NCBI GenBank assembly: GCA_964304625.1
Contig: OZ199840.1
Coordinates: 1,008,733-1,072,732, forward strand
Origin: Kudoa neothunni
Lineage: Eukaryota > Animalia > Cnidaria
Length of the DNA stretch: 64,000 nt
Direction: 5' to 3'
Within the stretch, counting starts at the first letter, position 1. Each line of letters starts with the position of its first letter. Position numbers and translations under genes: made by a program. Under the pieces are notes generated by a model. The model was not told the origin of the DNA and searched no databases. It worked only from the letters and a program-made list of their open reading frames with translations. Positions 26,903 to 40,604 of this stretch are shown here, piece by piece.

Positions 26903-29900
26903 ATGGATGATAATTTCTCGGAAAATTTCAAAGTTCCAATCGTAATTATTTGTATCTATATACATCAAAAAATATATATATGAGAAAAGACAACGGCAAG
27001 TCAAGCCAACAATCAAATAATTGACGTAAAAAAAATATCAACTAATTCATCCTCTGAATACATATTAATTGGTGAATCAAAATTTACAAAAACTTCCCTA
27101 TACTTTTCAAATAATTATGCACGATGTTATAAAGTTAACGATGCTCATCCACCTAACATAAATCCTTGTAAAACCTTTTTATTAATAGAATATGAAAAAG
27201 AAGCTATGAATAGTATATAAAATTACGTTACATTGTTTTAATCAATTATAGTACACGATAGAATCAAATTGGTAGAATATCGTAAATTATTTTCAACAAG
27301 ATGGAATAAGTTTATTGCCAAATTAATACAAGGTATTTCAATTGCTATTGATAGATATATAAATAGATGTTTAATAGCATTTCAAACGGTGAAAACGGCA
27401 ATAATAGTGTTCCCTGCATTATATATGTGGTTTTGCTCTCACATTATTAATGAAATTAAAAACACACTACCATTCGATCACTTAAAATCATACATTATTG
27501 ACCTGGCTCTCGCTATTCAGTTTGTTCATGAGCATGGTTTTGTTATTGGAAATCTCTGCTTGTCTAGGTTATTTGCCGACTTTTGTAATGAAATAATAAT
27601 TTTTTAGACTTTATCTGGAGGAGACAGGTCGATTGCGAATTATGCGTATTTTATTCGTTATTTAAAAATAGAAGAAATATTAACTTAATTTATTCATATA
27701 AAAACACATACTATTTGAGAAAAATTTTTTTTATTTAAATAAACAAAAGAAATTGCTTTATTTAATTAGAATCGAATTTTAGTTCCATTCAATATGGTAA
27801 AGGTTGGTGGTTGGAAAGAAGATGAAGATATTTATTTTAGAAATGAAATCATACACCCATATTTAGCACCTGAAGTGATTAAATGAACAGAGAATGTGGA
27901 CTTGAATTATTTTAGATACTTAAAAATAAAACGTTTAATAATTCTGCGGATTGGTGGTCTTATGGTGTTGTTATGGTATTTATTTCTAATTAATTTTCGT
28001 TGTAATCAGACATATAGTATCAAATGTTAACAGGAACCCTACCATTCAATGGATATTTCATAGAAGATATGTTGGAACCATTAAAGTTTATTGAAATACA
28101 CAAAAGATACGATTTATATTTATTATAAAATAGGTTAAATCTTCGAAAGGAATTATTTAAGACAGCTTCGGATTTGTTTCTTAAATTATTCGCCTTGGTT
28201 CCTCAGGAGAGGCTTTGTTTTAGGAATGGGATTCACGATTTAAAACTTCATCCATTTTATTCGGAAGATATATTTAATGTTATTCATTAATTATTTTTGT
28301 TTTCTAATGATATATAATGTAGGTCAGTAATAACCCTAAGGTGCCACCATTGCAGCTGATTGCCTCTTGTAACCAACATATTATTGCAAATGAAGGTAAA
28401 ATTGTTTTAATTTATATTTTTTACATAATGTAGATATTAATTCACCTAAAAAATACTTTCCTAGAAATGTAACGGTAAACTGCTTCAATTATCGTAATGG
28501 TCCCTGTTACATTGATGTATTAGCAATTATATCTGGTTTTAAATAATAATTACCATTAAGGGTAATCTTGGAATATTATATCAACAATGTCTACAACAAG
28601 ATCCTGAACAACTTTTTAATTCTTTTGAGGTATGCAATTAATTTATTCTGATTTAATAATACTTTGAATTAAATTGTAATTATAAAAATTGAAGGATAAG
28701 TTGGTTATATTGGAAGAAATATATACCATTTATCTTTTTTAAATTGTTTTCATAATAATTTGATTTAAGCCATTGCAAAATCATGATATTAAGTCAATTC
28801 GAAAGTTTCAGCACAAAATAACTCGGAAATTGTACCACGTGAAACAAATAAGGTCGAATAAACGAATGGTCCTGGAAAAAGATGTATTTATTAATATTGT
28901 ATTATTTATGATACGAAAAAACTATGATCAAATAAAGTGAAGGCATAATTACTCTAATAAATTCAAATTACCTGACTTAATTATCTTGCATATAATTATA
29001 TTAATTTTGTTAAAATAATATTTAGATATTATCAAAATTAGGTGATCACAAGAATATTGTGGAATTAATAGAAGTAAGTCTTCCAGTGAGAATCGTGATA
29101 ACTGAATTATTAATCATAAGATTTTCATAAATGGGCCTGTTTATACGCTTGTTTTTGAACATTTTCCATCAATTACACTATACAATCTTTATGAACAACA
29201 TTTTGTCACCGAATTCCAATTAATAGCCATTTGCACACAAATTTCATCTGCTGTGAAATATCTACACTTGAATGGAGTTGCTCACCGAAATATTTCCCCA
29301 TTTAGTGCGGTTATTCAACTAAAAAGCGATGACAATTTCATTGTCAAAATATCAGGATTTGGTTGGGCAAAATATGTATTTCTGCCGTGTCACAAAATTA
29401 ATAATCCTAATAATACTAATTCCAGTGTATTAGTAAAAGTAAAAGGAACATTATTTTTACTTATTTAAATTGTGAGAAAGGGACATGGGTTTGTGAACCG
29501 AAATCAAGTTTATGATAATTGGTGTTTGGGGGCAATAATATATTTTTTCCTATTTTCGTAACTTACTGTTATTTAATATTCTTTGATGAGTTCGCATAGA
29601 ATGTTTCCATTAACGTTTCCACGTACTGTCACCGATGATTATATATTCTTTTCAATTAAAAATACAAGAATCCAAACCATAATTCATTATCTTAAAAGTC
29701 GCCATTCAACGTTCAAAGTACACGAAACAAACACAGATTTAAATTAAATATTTAAAAAGGAACAAATAATACAGTTACTTCGCTTTGATAAGAAATATTT
29801 ATATACTGCTGATGACATTGTAAACAATGTGGTTTTTAAAATCTAATTCTTCATATAGTTCAATAAAAACGACCACAATGAACTAGAATTACTTGCAAAC

Positions 29901-29984
29901 CCTGCAATACTCAATAAAAAAAGCGATGATAGAGCTAACATTTACAGATATTTTACAGTTTGGAGAACGTCAACCCATAACTAA
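26903..29984 (+). CDS. p90 RSK/MSK-like two-domain protein, paralog B, predicted dual pseudokinase; multi-exon, start approximate
   Basis: Exons give [63 protein letters not shown] and LFALVPQERLCFRNGIHDLKLHPFY. The C-domain reads HKITRKLYHVKQI, ILSKLGDHKNIVEL, VKYLHLNGVAHRNISP, VKISGFGWAK and DNWCLG, ending FTVWRTSTHN*. Intron positions match paralog A. Confidence 0.85.
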
Positions 29985-30209
29985 TCCAATCGACTGATTA
30001 CTTAAAAATGGAGAATAATAATTAATTTAACAAGAATATTTCTTTATATAATTATAAAAAATAATTTAGAATAATAAAACGACTTATTACAAACTTAATT
30101 TCTATATATCTTTCATTTCGAAACTTCATTATTTTTGAATCATCTTACACCATATATAGTTGTGTGAATATTAAGCTGACTTTTATTGATTTTTCAAACA
30201 AGTTTTTAA

Positions 30210-31565
30210 CCCTGTAAGCAAACTGGGTCCTTTTGGACCCAGTTGAGATTGTCATCCTGTTTTCTCAGGCATTATATAATAATTAGAATCCAAACATCTT
30301 CTATTCTCATAAAACACGTTTATCTTTAGAGGAATAGATTTATTGAAATTTTCATGTGTCATACAAAATTTTATAACAAAAATATCTTCGGGGTATAATT
30401 GAAGTCAAAATGGACCCCAGAATTTTTTTTGATATTTTAAAAATATATTATTGTTTATATTAATTTTAAAATGGAAATTAAATTTAAACCTATTTTACAT
30501 ACCAAAATCCAACAAATAATTTTGTGCCGCCCGTGTGCAAGTTTCTATTGTGTAAGCATGGATTTCTTTTTGAAAAATAGCGAGGATAGTATTAGCACAA
30601 ATGAAAAATAAAGACCCAACCTGGTGCGCTTGAAAGGGACTGTCAGCGATGAGAATGATGAAAATATGGTTTGTGGTGAAAATGACGATTCGCTTTTAGA
30701 CAAAAAACAATGATTTATGGAGGGCAATCAAACCAAAGAAAACCAAGGTGGCGGCAGAAAATAAAGTAAATTTTCTTCAAGGTGTGACTATGTACGCCAC
30801 ACAAAGGATCTTTAGTATTACAGGATGTTTTCATCATTTCTTCCCAATAGAAATAGTGGAACAAACAGTTAAATACGCGACTCAGCGCGGCAAGAATCAC
30901 TGTGGAAATAAATAAAAGATTTTTATGTTAATGAAATGCATGTTTTTATTGGCTAATTATTGTACATGACTATCCATAAGGATAGGCGAGAGCTTATTGT
31001 TTAAATGTTTAGTTGGGACGAAGGTAGGATGATATACAAAGATCTTTTTTCCTTGTACAGATTCAAACAACTAACAAGAGCGTTCCGCTTTGATAATGCA
31101 GAAACTACGGAGGAATGGCAGTTAAATGATAAATTCCCCCCCCCAACCAGAGAAATATGGGACATTTATGTTAACATGGCGAACAAAAATTATAACCACC
31201 GAGAAAATATATGTAGTGATGAGCAATTTTGTTTCTTTTAGAGGCAACTGCTCTTTTAGACAATAAAAAAAATGTAAGCGAGCAAAATATGGCTTAAAAA
31301 TTTTCCATTTGGTAGATCCAGCATCTATATTATGTGTTTTTGGAGTTACTAACGAATTCCAACACCAGCCATTTAAAATAATCGGTCGTCCTATTTATAT
31401 AGGAACATTGCACATGCGCTAGATAAAACAAAACGAGAAATTATTAACGAAAAAAAAATCTCCTAAAGTTATAATTTTGTACGTTAATAGAAAACATAAT
31501 TATTAAACGAAATCACAATAAAACTCTGGGATCCAAATGGACCCCAGTTAAACTCCGATGGGGCC
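30210..31565 (+). mobile_element. Degenerate, internally deleted piggyBac
   Basis: TTAA|CCCTGTAAG followed by the palindrome AACTGGGTCCTTTTGGACCCAGTT. Transposase remnants include RFKQLTRAFRFDN..DKF..REIWD..CSDEQ..FRG and AKYGLKIF. A related palindrome lies at ~31526-31549. Right end uncertain. Confidence 0.8.
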
Positions 31566-32471
31566 TAATTAATTGTTACTTAGATGCTTAATATTATTTA
31601 AACTTTTTTAATTTTACATTTTCTTTATTTTATAGCTTAAATTGACTTTAAATAGGTAAATCAATTTCAGGAGATAATAGATTTTCAGAAAATATATATG
31701 AACGTTCGAGACTAAATGTAAAATGGAGTGTTATATCATCCAGGAATTTTTTAATTTTAATTTTTCTACCTAAGAATCTAACAATAATTTCATTCAATTC
31801 CTCATAATCTTTTTTATATTTGCATAAAACTTAATAGACAAAATATTTTCAAAAAAGGAACTAAAACTTGACACAAAATTTCCTCCAAGTATAATTTAGG
31901 AGTATAGTACCGTTAACATCCATGAAAAATACCCCATCTTATATTAATATCACACGAGAAATAGCTACTAGATCATACTTACGAGGTTAGTTCTATATTT
32001 CTCACATAAAATCAAAAATATTATACTCCAATGTGACTATCTAAAAAAATAATGTAGATTAACTTTTTTTCGCAACGAATTGTTATTATATCTATAAAAA
32101 ATATCATTGTTGTCTATGAAATTATTGATAAGCTTAATATACACCTACGATAGATGAGAACTATAATGAATAATGAGAATATATTGAGTGAGTATATAGA
32201 GATAAAACAAACTATTAAAATTACTGATATGATTGTAAAAATAGGATATTTGTGACAGGATAATGCGTTTATTTTTACAAAATAATAATTTTAAATTTAA
32301 CACTTAAAAAAGTGATTATTCATTATTGTTATAACTAGAGCCTATCAATCAAAATGCTGTCGAATAATGACGACTAATATACTCTGAAACAATGATAAGC
32401 CTTATACCAAATTCCCACTATTATTTAAATTAAATCTTACTTTCGTGATAACTATTATTTTTGAAGACATA

Positions 32472-32538
32472 CAGTAGATATCAAATTTTACGCATTTTGC
32501 CGCCTCCGAAGGGATTACGTAAATGTAGTTACCTACTG
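32472..32538. mobile_element. 67-bp mini-MITE of the same CAGTAG family as 10173-13316
   Basis: TA|CAGTAGATATC..TACGCA ... TACGTA..GTTACCTACTG|TG. Shares GAAGGGA(T/C)TACGTA with ~13287. Confidence 0.55.
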
Positions 32539-33068
32539 TGGTAGTTTCACATGTTTTATCATATTATGAGAATACATATAGTGAAAAAGCATACATTAAT
32601 TCTTTTTAAATGTTTTTACTATTATTATATCTTTTGTTTATTATTTTATAATGTATATTGTTTAAATATATATATATTATAAAATCTAAGTTAATTATAA
32701 GGGTTAGCGTACTTTTACGTTTATAAGAGATTTTTCCATGCATAATATTCCCATATCTGACGAAACTGAAGACTGTGTGCTAATTTATATATATACAGCA
32801 GATATGGATGTACACTGTTTTAGTCAATCCTTACAAAATTTGGATGATCATCTCGGTATCAAAATATCGAACAATCTTGGAAGTTTTCGAACATCAAGTA
32901 GTAACCATACTCGATCAGGTTACTCGGTATACGCATTACTAAGCCAATATGAGTGATGTCAGGTTCGAAAATTATCTCATAGTTAATGATTTATATGCTA
33001 ATTAAAATCATTGAATATATCGTTTGTTATTTTCCTTATTAAAATGTAGAAATTTAAAATTCCATTAA

Positions 33069-34444
33069 CCGTCGAAAGACCGTATGTCGAAAACTTAAGT
33101 ATGTGCTCATGGGGTCGTTTTTAACCCCATCATTATTTTCTTATTTTATTGTGAAATTGACCCCCGAATTTGTTCTTGTAATTATTACTTACCACACAGC
33201 TATATTAACTGATTAGAAGTTTGGTTTAGTGGGAATAAAGTTGATAAAAATGTAATCAATTCATCGATTAAATATTGTGAATATCTGCATCACAACGCTT
33301 GTTATTCAAAGTTTCAAATAAATGTTTTATTGTATTTTCATCGTTGAAAGTTTCTGGATGTAGAATAACAAGGTTTAATCAAATATAGAAAAGAAATGAA
33401 CACAAGCGACCGTACAAGGTATCAGGCATGATTTCCAGGAAAAATCGTTAATCTCAAAATTGAAAGTAAGGTTAAGTTTGGATCATAGTTGTAAGTATTT
33501 GAGTATGTCTATACATTCAAAATGATCAAATTAAATATGAAAATTTAAAATAGATTTATTTAAAAATAAATCACATTAATTCTAGGGTTTCCTAAAGAGA
33601 AAGCAAGTTTTTGCCAAAGATAACATCAATCGGTCTCTAAACTACACGTCTGGCATAGAAAAAAAGTTTTGTTTGAATCTGTGGAACAAGAAAATAGGTC
33701 TATTGTAGATACATCACCGTATATTAGTTGTTTTATTAATATTTCGTTAACAAAATGCACATCGTGATCTTTTGCGTGGATCAATGATTTCTGTGAATTA
33801 GGCGTTTCGCCAATATAAAATGCATTTATTAAATAGTTCTAAACTATATTTTAAATGAAAATGATAGTGACCCTTGAAAGTCTGACGCAAATACTCACTA
33901 ATAAATTACGATTCCCCCTCCCGAAGTCGGAACACGTATATTGTAATTCAGCCCAAATTATTGATATCATTATCAACAAGAATTCCTAAATATGAATCTC
34001 TTCTTAAATCAATCATCTAAAATGAAATAATACACTTTTTTCTATAACGTTTAAATACATTTAGCCGATAAATCTTAATTTAATCATATGACTTCATCGT
34101 CACCCTTCGATAGGAAAAAGGAAAACATACAATTTGCACATTTATTGAACGTTTAATATATATTAATTGTGATAATTTGCCGTTGTTTATTTTTTCCTAT
34201 TGATAATTTTAATATGGAGTTATATCATGAAGTATTTGGGCGTATGGAGAACAAGTGCTTAATTATACAAGCATTTTTTCTAGGATAAATTCTAATATTT
34301 TACAAAAATTTGAGTTTATTTAGTATATGAATATATTTTCTAGGATTAAATGATTTTTATACTGAAGTCTATGAGGTTTCCATTTATAGAAATAAGATTT
34401 ACCGAAAATAGGGTCATGATAGATCTCGCTTGATCCTGGGAGGG
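33069..34444 (-). mobile_element. Heavily decayed piggyBac-like element
   Basis: TTAA|CCGTCG... and ...GGGAGGG|TTAA ends with only weak mutual complementarity. Palindrome GGGGTCGTTTTTAACCCC at ~33110, and faint transposase-like remnants on the minus strand. Confidence 0.45.
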
Positions 34445-35748
34445 TTAATACAATAAATCAGAATTATATTGTGGATAAATAGAAGAGATACCGATCAATC
34501 AATTTTCTTTAATATTTTTGACAATTACCCAATTAAAAATTAATTGAACTATTATCACTAAATCGCTAGATATTTCTGTCAATTCTTCACCTATTTGGGG
34601 GGAAATAAAAATTTTGAAACATGTTTAGACAAACAAATGTACGTAATTTCTTATGATATGAGCTCGTTTGGGGTCTTTGTTGTATGTATAAGATAAGTTT
34701 TCTCTTTTTAACTGGTTCAAAACAATAGTATTTACTATTAATGATTTTAATAATAAATATCCATATACCAAAACGGATGATAAACTAATCTGTATGACAT
34801 TATGTGTTGGATATGAGATAAAATAAGATTCACTATAAAATGTATTATAGTCGTGTAAAGTATAACATTGAGTTACAAAGTATAAAATAAACCAAATAAT
34901 TTAATATCGCATTTCCTGTTCAATTTTGTGAAATAAATATAATGTAAATATGAAATTTATTTAGTTTTTAACAACTTTTCCAGAAGTTCAATTAAATTAG
35001 TCAAAATAAATTTATTATATTCCATATATATATATATATATATATATTAAAATAAGTATTACTAGATAATATTTAAAACTTATATAGAATAAAAACTAAC
35101 AATATATTTATGTGCACATCATGGTACTCAGGAAAATTTAAAATTTTAATAATAGTATTCACGTGAAAAAAAAAGCGAGATCAATGTATTCCCTATTTTA
35201 TATTATTATAGGGCACTTGATCAATATTAATTGCCTTTGGTGTTGTTTATCATGGTTCTTGTTTTTTGTTCTAAAAATAAACACAATTGAATAAATTTTT
35301 ATCGCGTATTACTATGTTTCAAAATCTTACGTAAACATTCTAAGATTTTTAAACATGCATAAAAGTCGACTACTCTAGTATTATTAGTTTCCACCTCAAG
35401 GTTCACAGAGAAATACTGTATATTGACTTTATATTCATTTTTTTATATTTCAAACGGTAACAAAACTTTGCAAAAATGTTTTCCTTATCTAAAATTAGAG
35501 CGTGGAATTTTTTAATTTTTTAGAGTAATAATATTTAATCCTTCAAATAAAATAAAAATTAATTTAATAGCGACCTATTTCGTGTATTCTATTTGAAACT
35601 CTTTCTAAATCTAATATAATTAATAGAAACAAAAGCACTGACACAAATTTAATTCTATAGACAGCTTTTATTAAAAAATGGTGACATCATGCGCACGCAA
35701 CACATCACGTCACACCCTTAGAGCTCGTTTGTTTGCCGTGTCACTGGA

Positions 35749-36690
35749 ATGCTCCGCCGCGAAATCCGACTCCGTAAAGAATACCTTTACAAGAAAAACA
35801 AACAAGCTCAAGAAAAAGTCACAAATGAACGCAAACAATTGCTGAGAAACGTTCTGGAAAATGGTACAAAGATTCCGACCGAACTACACCAACAAGAAGC
35901 TCAACTTAGAAAAGACCTAGAATATGAAGACGATTTTTTGTTGGATGAGTTAGATAACGAATACAGATATGCTGGGGTGGAAGATCCTAAAGTGGTGATA
36001 ACCACTTCACATGATCCCAGCTCAAAATTGCAACAATTTGCCAAGGAACTACGTCTTATATTCCCGAATTGCCAAAAAATAAATCGTGGTAGTTATGACA
36101 CCGGTCAATTGGTTAATGCTTGCAAATCAAATGGAATAACCGATCTTATTGTGTTGCATGAAACTCGCGGCCAACCAGACACAATGATTGTGTCACATCT
36201 GCCATTTGGCCCCACAGTATCATTCTCCATATATAATGTGGTGATGAGACACGATTTGAAAAATGTGGAACACATGTCGGAATCGTTTCCTCATTTGATT
36301 TTCGATAATTTTACCACTTCGCTTGGAAAACGTTTGACTCAAGTGTTGAAATATTTGTTTCCAGTCCCTAAGATGGACTCAAAGAGAGTGATGTCTTTCG
36401 TTAATATAAACGATTTTATATCTTTTCGGCATCATACCTTTCGAAAAGACAGGGATTTCAAAAAGGAAATAGCTGTGGATGAAGTTGGACCTCGATTTGA
36501 ACTTCGACCTTACGAAATCAAACTTGGCACACTGGATCAAGCTGAGGCCGATATCGAGTGGCATTATCGTCCCTTTATGAATACCGCTAGGAAAAGAAAG
36601 TTTATTGGTGAAGCGGACAACGATTTCGATGTTATTGCGGATGAACCAGCTACACTACGTCAGAAACCGACTAAAAAGCCGCGTTTGTAA
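35749..36690 (+). CDS. IMP4: U3 snoRNP protein IMP4 (Brix domain), intronless, 313 aa
   Basis: MLRREIRLRKEYLYKK, EYRYAGVEDPKVVITTSHDPSSKLQQFAKEL, SHLPFGPT, FRHH, EVGPRFELRPYEIKLGTL and EWHYRPFMNTARKR are diagnostic of IMP4. Confidence 0.98.
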   Translation: MLRREIRLRKEYLYKKNKQAQEKVTNERKQLLRNVLENGTKIPTELHQQEAQLRKDLEYEDDFLLDELDNEYRYAGVEDPKVVITTSHDPSSKLQQFAKELRLIFPNCQKINRGSYDTGQLVNACKSNGITDLIVLHETRGQPDTMIVSHLPFGPTVSFSIYNVVMRHDLKNVEHMSESFPHLIFDNFTTSLGKRLTQVLKYLFPVPKMDSKRVMSFVNINDFISFRHHTFRKDRDFKKEIAVDEVGPRFELRPYEIKLGTLDQAEADIEWHYRPFMNTARKRKFIGEADNDFDVIADEPATLRQKPTKKPRL

Positions 36691-37299
36691 AAATATAGTT
36701 GTAAATTTGTTAGGTTTATAGATTAATGTCAATAGTAAATTATTTTTCGAATTTATGATCGTTTTTTTCGCACATCTACTTTTGCATAATATTTTTTAAT
36801 TACATATTTGAATTACGATATGCAACTGGATCACATGTATTATGTTATTAAAATTATTTTAATGAATATCCAAAATATCACTTTATGTTTCAGTCGAAAT
36901 TTGTAGAGTTTCAATGTTTTTTCCATATTTATTTTATGTGGTGTAATAACTTGATGAGGTTTTCCAGTCTATTCGTTGAATTAATGTTAAAGCAAACTAT
37001 CCATCTAGTCGCTTACTATGCTGAGTGAGCGACATAAATTGAGCAGTTATTTATTCTAAAATTAAAACTTTTTGGATACCATAAAAATTTAATAATTCCG
37101 AGATAGACTAAAGATTATTCAAAAGGGATTTACTTATAATCTTTAAGTGGATAAAGTGATACTTATGAGTTGATATTTGTTTCTCAGGTAGAGTTTGAAA
37201 AAAAAACACCGAGAAATTGCATCAATTTGATTATAAGGTTGTATGTTAGAAAATTAAATTCAAAATTTGATTTAATAAATAATAACAAATCAAGCTTTA

Positions 37300-39780
37300 A
37301 ATGATATAGACAAAATAAAGATGTACCCGTGCTAGGAATTGGTTTCATGAGAGGCTTAAGTTACTTTACTTGTCATTAACTACATTGAAAAATCAAAATA
37401 TTATTGAAATAAATTATTCTTTTAAAAAATATTATTTAATAACTAATTAACAAACGTTCTACTTAAACTACTCCAAATTTAGAGGACTCTGTATTTATGT
37501 TTTCTAATCAAAATAAAAGATTTTTAGCTCATAGGTCTTTGTTCCTCACAATGAGAGAAAGATTATAATCTATACTATATACGATGACACAAAAGTTAAC
37601 CCGCCGATAATTTTTTATAAATATATAAATTTTTTACATAAATATTTAGATGAGTTCAAATGCTTTACTCCATCATTTTTAAAATATTAATCTATTGGAA
37701 AATTCGGCCAATTTTATGATTAAAGATAATTTTGGGATGCTCCTTTCGTTAATCATTTCGTAAGATACCTAGTAGATTGAGAATCCAAATACAGCGGTTG
37801 AAAATGAGATTTAAAATTTCAATAACTAATGTAATCATTCTAAGAAAAACCAAACTAGGATTGAGAACTTGTAGAAATAAATAAATTTAAGATGATTGAC
37901 GAAACATACAATTTCAGAATTAAATAATGCCCTTGATTCTACCTTGAATATACTTCTACTTCTAGGACAAAATCTGCATAGATTTTCTTTCATAAAAATT
38001 CTTGAATAGATTAGAATTATATTAAATCACAACAAATATATTATCACTAAATTAGAATAATTTAACATAACTTTTTGAGGCCGAGAAAAAGTTACGCAAT
38101 ATCGAGGCCCAAATGTAAAATGATTTTTATATTTTTCTCAAAAATACAAACTTTTACATTTTACTTATTAAGTTCAAATTCAATATAATTTTGTTTGGTA
38201 ATAATTAATAATTTATTTAAAATTTTAATCAAAATTTTATAGACAAACTTAATATTATATTAACGTTATAGATAATATAATTAGTTTCAAATAAAAAAAA
38301 TAACTAGGAAAGATAAAGAAACCCATCTTAAATTATTATTCCTTCCGTTGTATAAAAATTCATGCCATGATAAAATTAATCATGTTTCATGTTTTCGGCG
38401 AGTTTTTTTGTTATCTTGGGTATAATTAAACTTTTAATTTTTATTTTTACCGAAATGGGAGTCAATATAATAAATAAACAGTGTACAGTCTTTATAATCA
38501 TAATCATTAGAATTTGATAAGGTGACAGAATCTTGTACTTTATTTTCAATACTCACATAGAAATCCATTCCCACCCGAACAAAGACTATTTTTAGTGATG
38601 TACAAAGACCAATGAGAAAGGTTTGGTAAATTACTTGGAAGTTGTTTTGATTATAAAAATTTATTGAAAAAGTTAAAAAAATATCTTATCATTTGTTACG
38701 ATCAGATCAATGTATACCCGACAAATACATATTACTTTTTCATTTAGAGTTCAAATAAACTCCATTTTACTCAAATGATAAAATACATTAAATAGAGTGC
38801 AACCGAGCTCATACGTGACAGGTGTCGTAATTAATGGCCACTTTTTTTACATTAAACTAAATTTTAATTTCCTAATTCTTACTTATAATAATGAACACTG
38901 CTTTAACGGTCAAAAAAATAAAAATAATATCATTCATTTTAAATAAAATACATCAAAATCATTGTTCTTAGGCAATGCAGCGATCCTACGTAAAAGAAAT
39001 TGTACCTGAAAGTACATTTTGCATGTTTCTAGCTTAATATCGGAAATAATAAAATCTATCTAACCGCAAAAGTACAGTAGCTCTTCTGAGAAATATAAAA
39101 TAATTTAAAATTATGATTAATTATTATTCGAGTTAAGAAATTTAAAAAAATGACTATGGATAAGTATGGTCTGAAAAAAAATGTCAACACTGAATAGGAT
39201 TCTAAATGGAGATGCAATTTTATATAAGGCCTCAACCATCATGTTGATAACATAACCTATAAATGGATACTTTAAACAAGAGTTAATGGTGGTATTATTA
39301 ACACTGATAATATCATTGCAATGGCGAGATAATTCACTCCAAAGGAAAGTAGCAATAATAACTATCATTTCAACTGCGGAAAGTTTAAAGGATTAAAGAA
39401 ATAGGTTAAATTAATATATGTTACATTTAATTTTGAGGCTGGCGGCGTTCCAGCTGAAATAGTCCCTGAATGGGATGAGCAACTTTAATTAATGACTCTG
39501 AAAAGTGGTCGCATAAGAATGTTTCAAACGTCTGTAAAAAAATAATTAAGGATTTAAAAAATAATGATAAATACCCATCTGATGAAGAGTAATCGGGCAT
39601 TTTAAATTCATCTATTTCATTTAATCAAGCGTTCGAGTATTAAGAAGGTTGATTTAAGTTCCTAAAGCAAAGAAATTCGACCCCAGTCAAGAGTTAAAGA
39701 CATTTTGTGTCTCAGAGAGGGGGTTCACAATATTATAATCGATTCAAGAACGACAACAGAAATTTGATTTTTTAAAAGTA
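37300..39780 (-). other. Possible unidentified multi-exon gene or pseudogene
   Basis: Alternating coding-like blocks and short AT-rich intron-like gaps on the minus strand (e.g. FQVIYQTFLIGLCTSLKIVFVRVGMDFY, FMKENLCRFCPRSRSIFKVESRALFNSEI, ORF 39117-39368). No continuous frame or family could be established. Confidence 0.3.
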
Positions 39781-40396
39781 TTTATAAATTGGATAATATG
39801 AATTTGTAGTGAGATACTTAAAGTCGAACAAATGGGAAACAAAAAAAATACATTTTATTGCGTTAGAATAGTTGTTAACATTTGTTTGTATTATTCGCAA
39901 TTTCATAATTCCTTTAGAATTTTTTTTGGTGACGAATTGAATATCGAATCACTCCATTTATTTCACTTTAAATTATTCGCTCAATATAAAAAAAGACGCA
40001 ACAATGTTAAAATTTATTTTATTTCAGTTAAGTATGCATAAAGTAATGATTAAAGTGGAATAAAAATTTCAGGAAAAAACTCCCGCGCGCAGGCGCATAC
40101 TGGCTCTTACGTGCGTAATGCAACGATTCTCCGTAGCGAGACTCAATTCCCGACTCATTTCATTGCGTACATGATTTGTTGGGTTGTAATTAAACAGTAT
40201 CATTCATTCGGATTGGATAAAAAAATTAAACATAAGAAAATGGCTCTGACCTCAAAAAACGACTCGAATAGCAACTACTTACAAAAGATTAGCTGTTAAG
40301 GGACGGGGATCAGAAAATGTATTAAGTTATTAGTTCAGCAAACAAACTCTATTGTTAAGCTCCAAAGTCGCCAACCCATACCCTAACATTTGATGA

Positions 40397-40470
40397 TTTA
40401 ACTATTATTTGACTATTTAACTATTATTTGACTATTTAACTATTATTTGACTATTTAACTATTATTTGAA
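40397..40470. repeat. 19-bp minisatellite, about 4 copies
   Basis: TTTAACTATTATTTGACTA repeated head-to-tail, downstream of the RING gene. Confidence 0.9.
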
Positions 40471-40604
40471 CTATTTGACTAACTAACCATTTGACCGCAA
40501 TCATGCATATTCCTCAAAAATAAAAATGAAGGCAGACAAAAATAAATAAAAACTAAAAACAACACAAAAATACAAGCTTCATTAATTTGGTTTTCCGAAC
40601 ACTA

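Noticed and set aside
40397-40470. Short direct repeats (also 48818-48889) as a CRISPR array
   Set aside because: Head-to-tail units without unique spacers, no cas genes, and a eukaryotic context; these are minisatellites.
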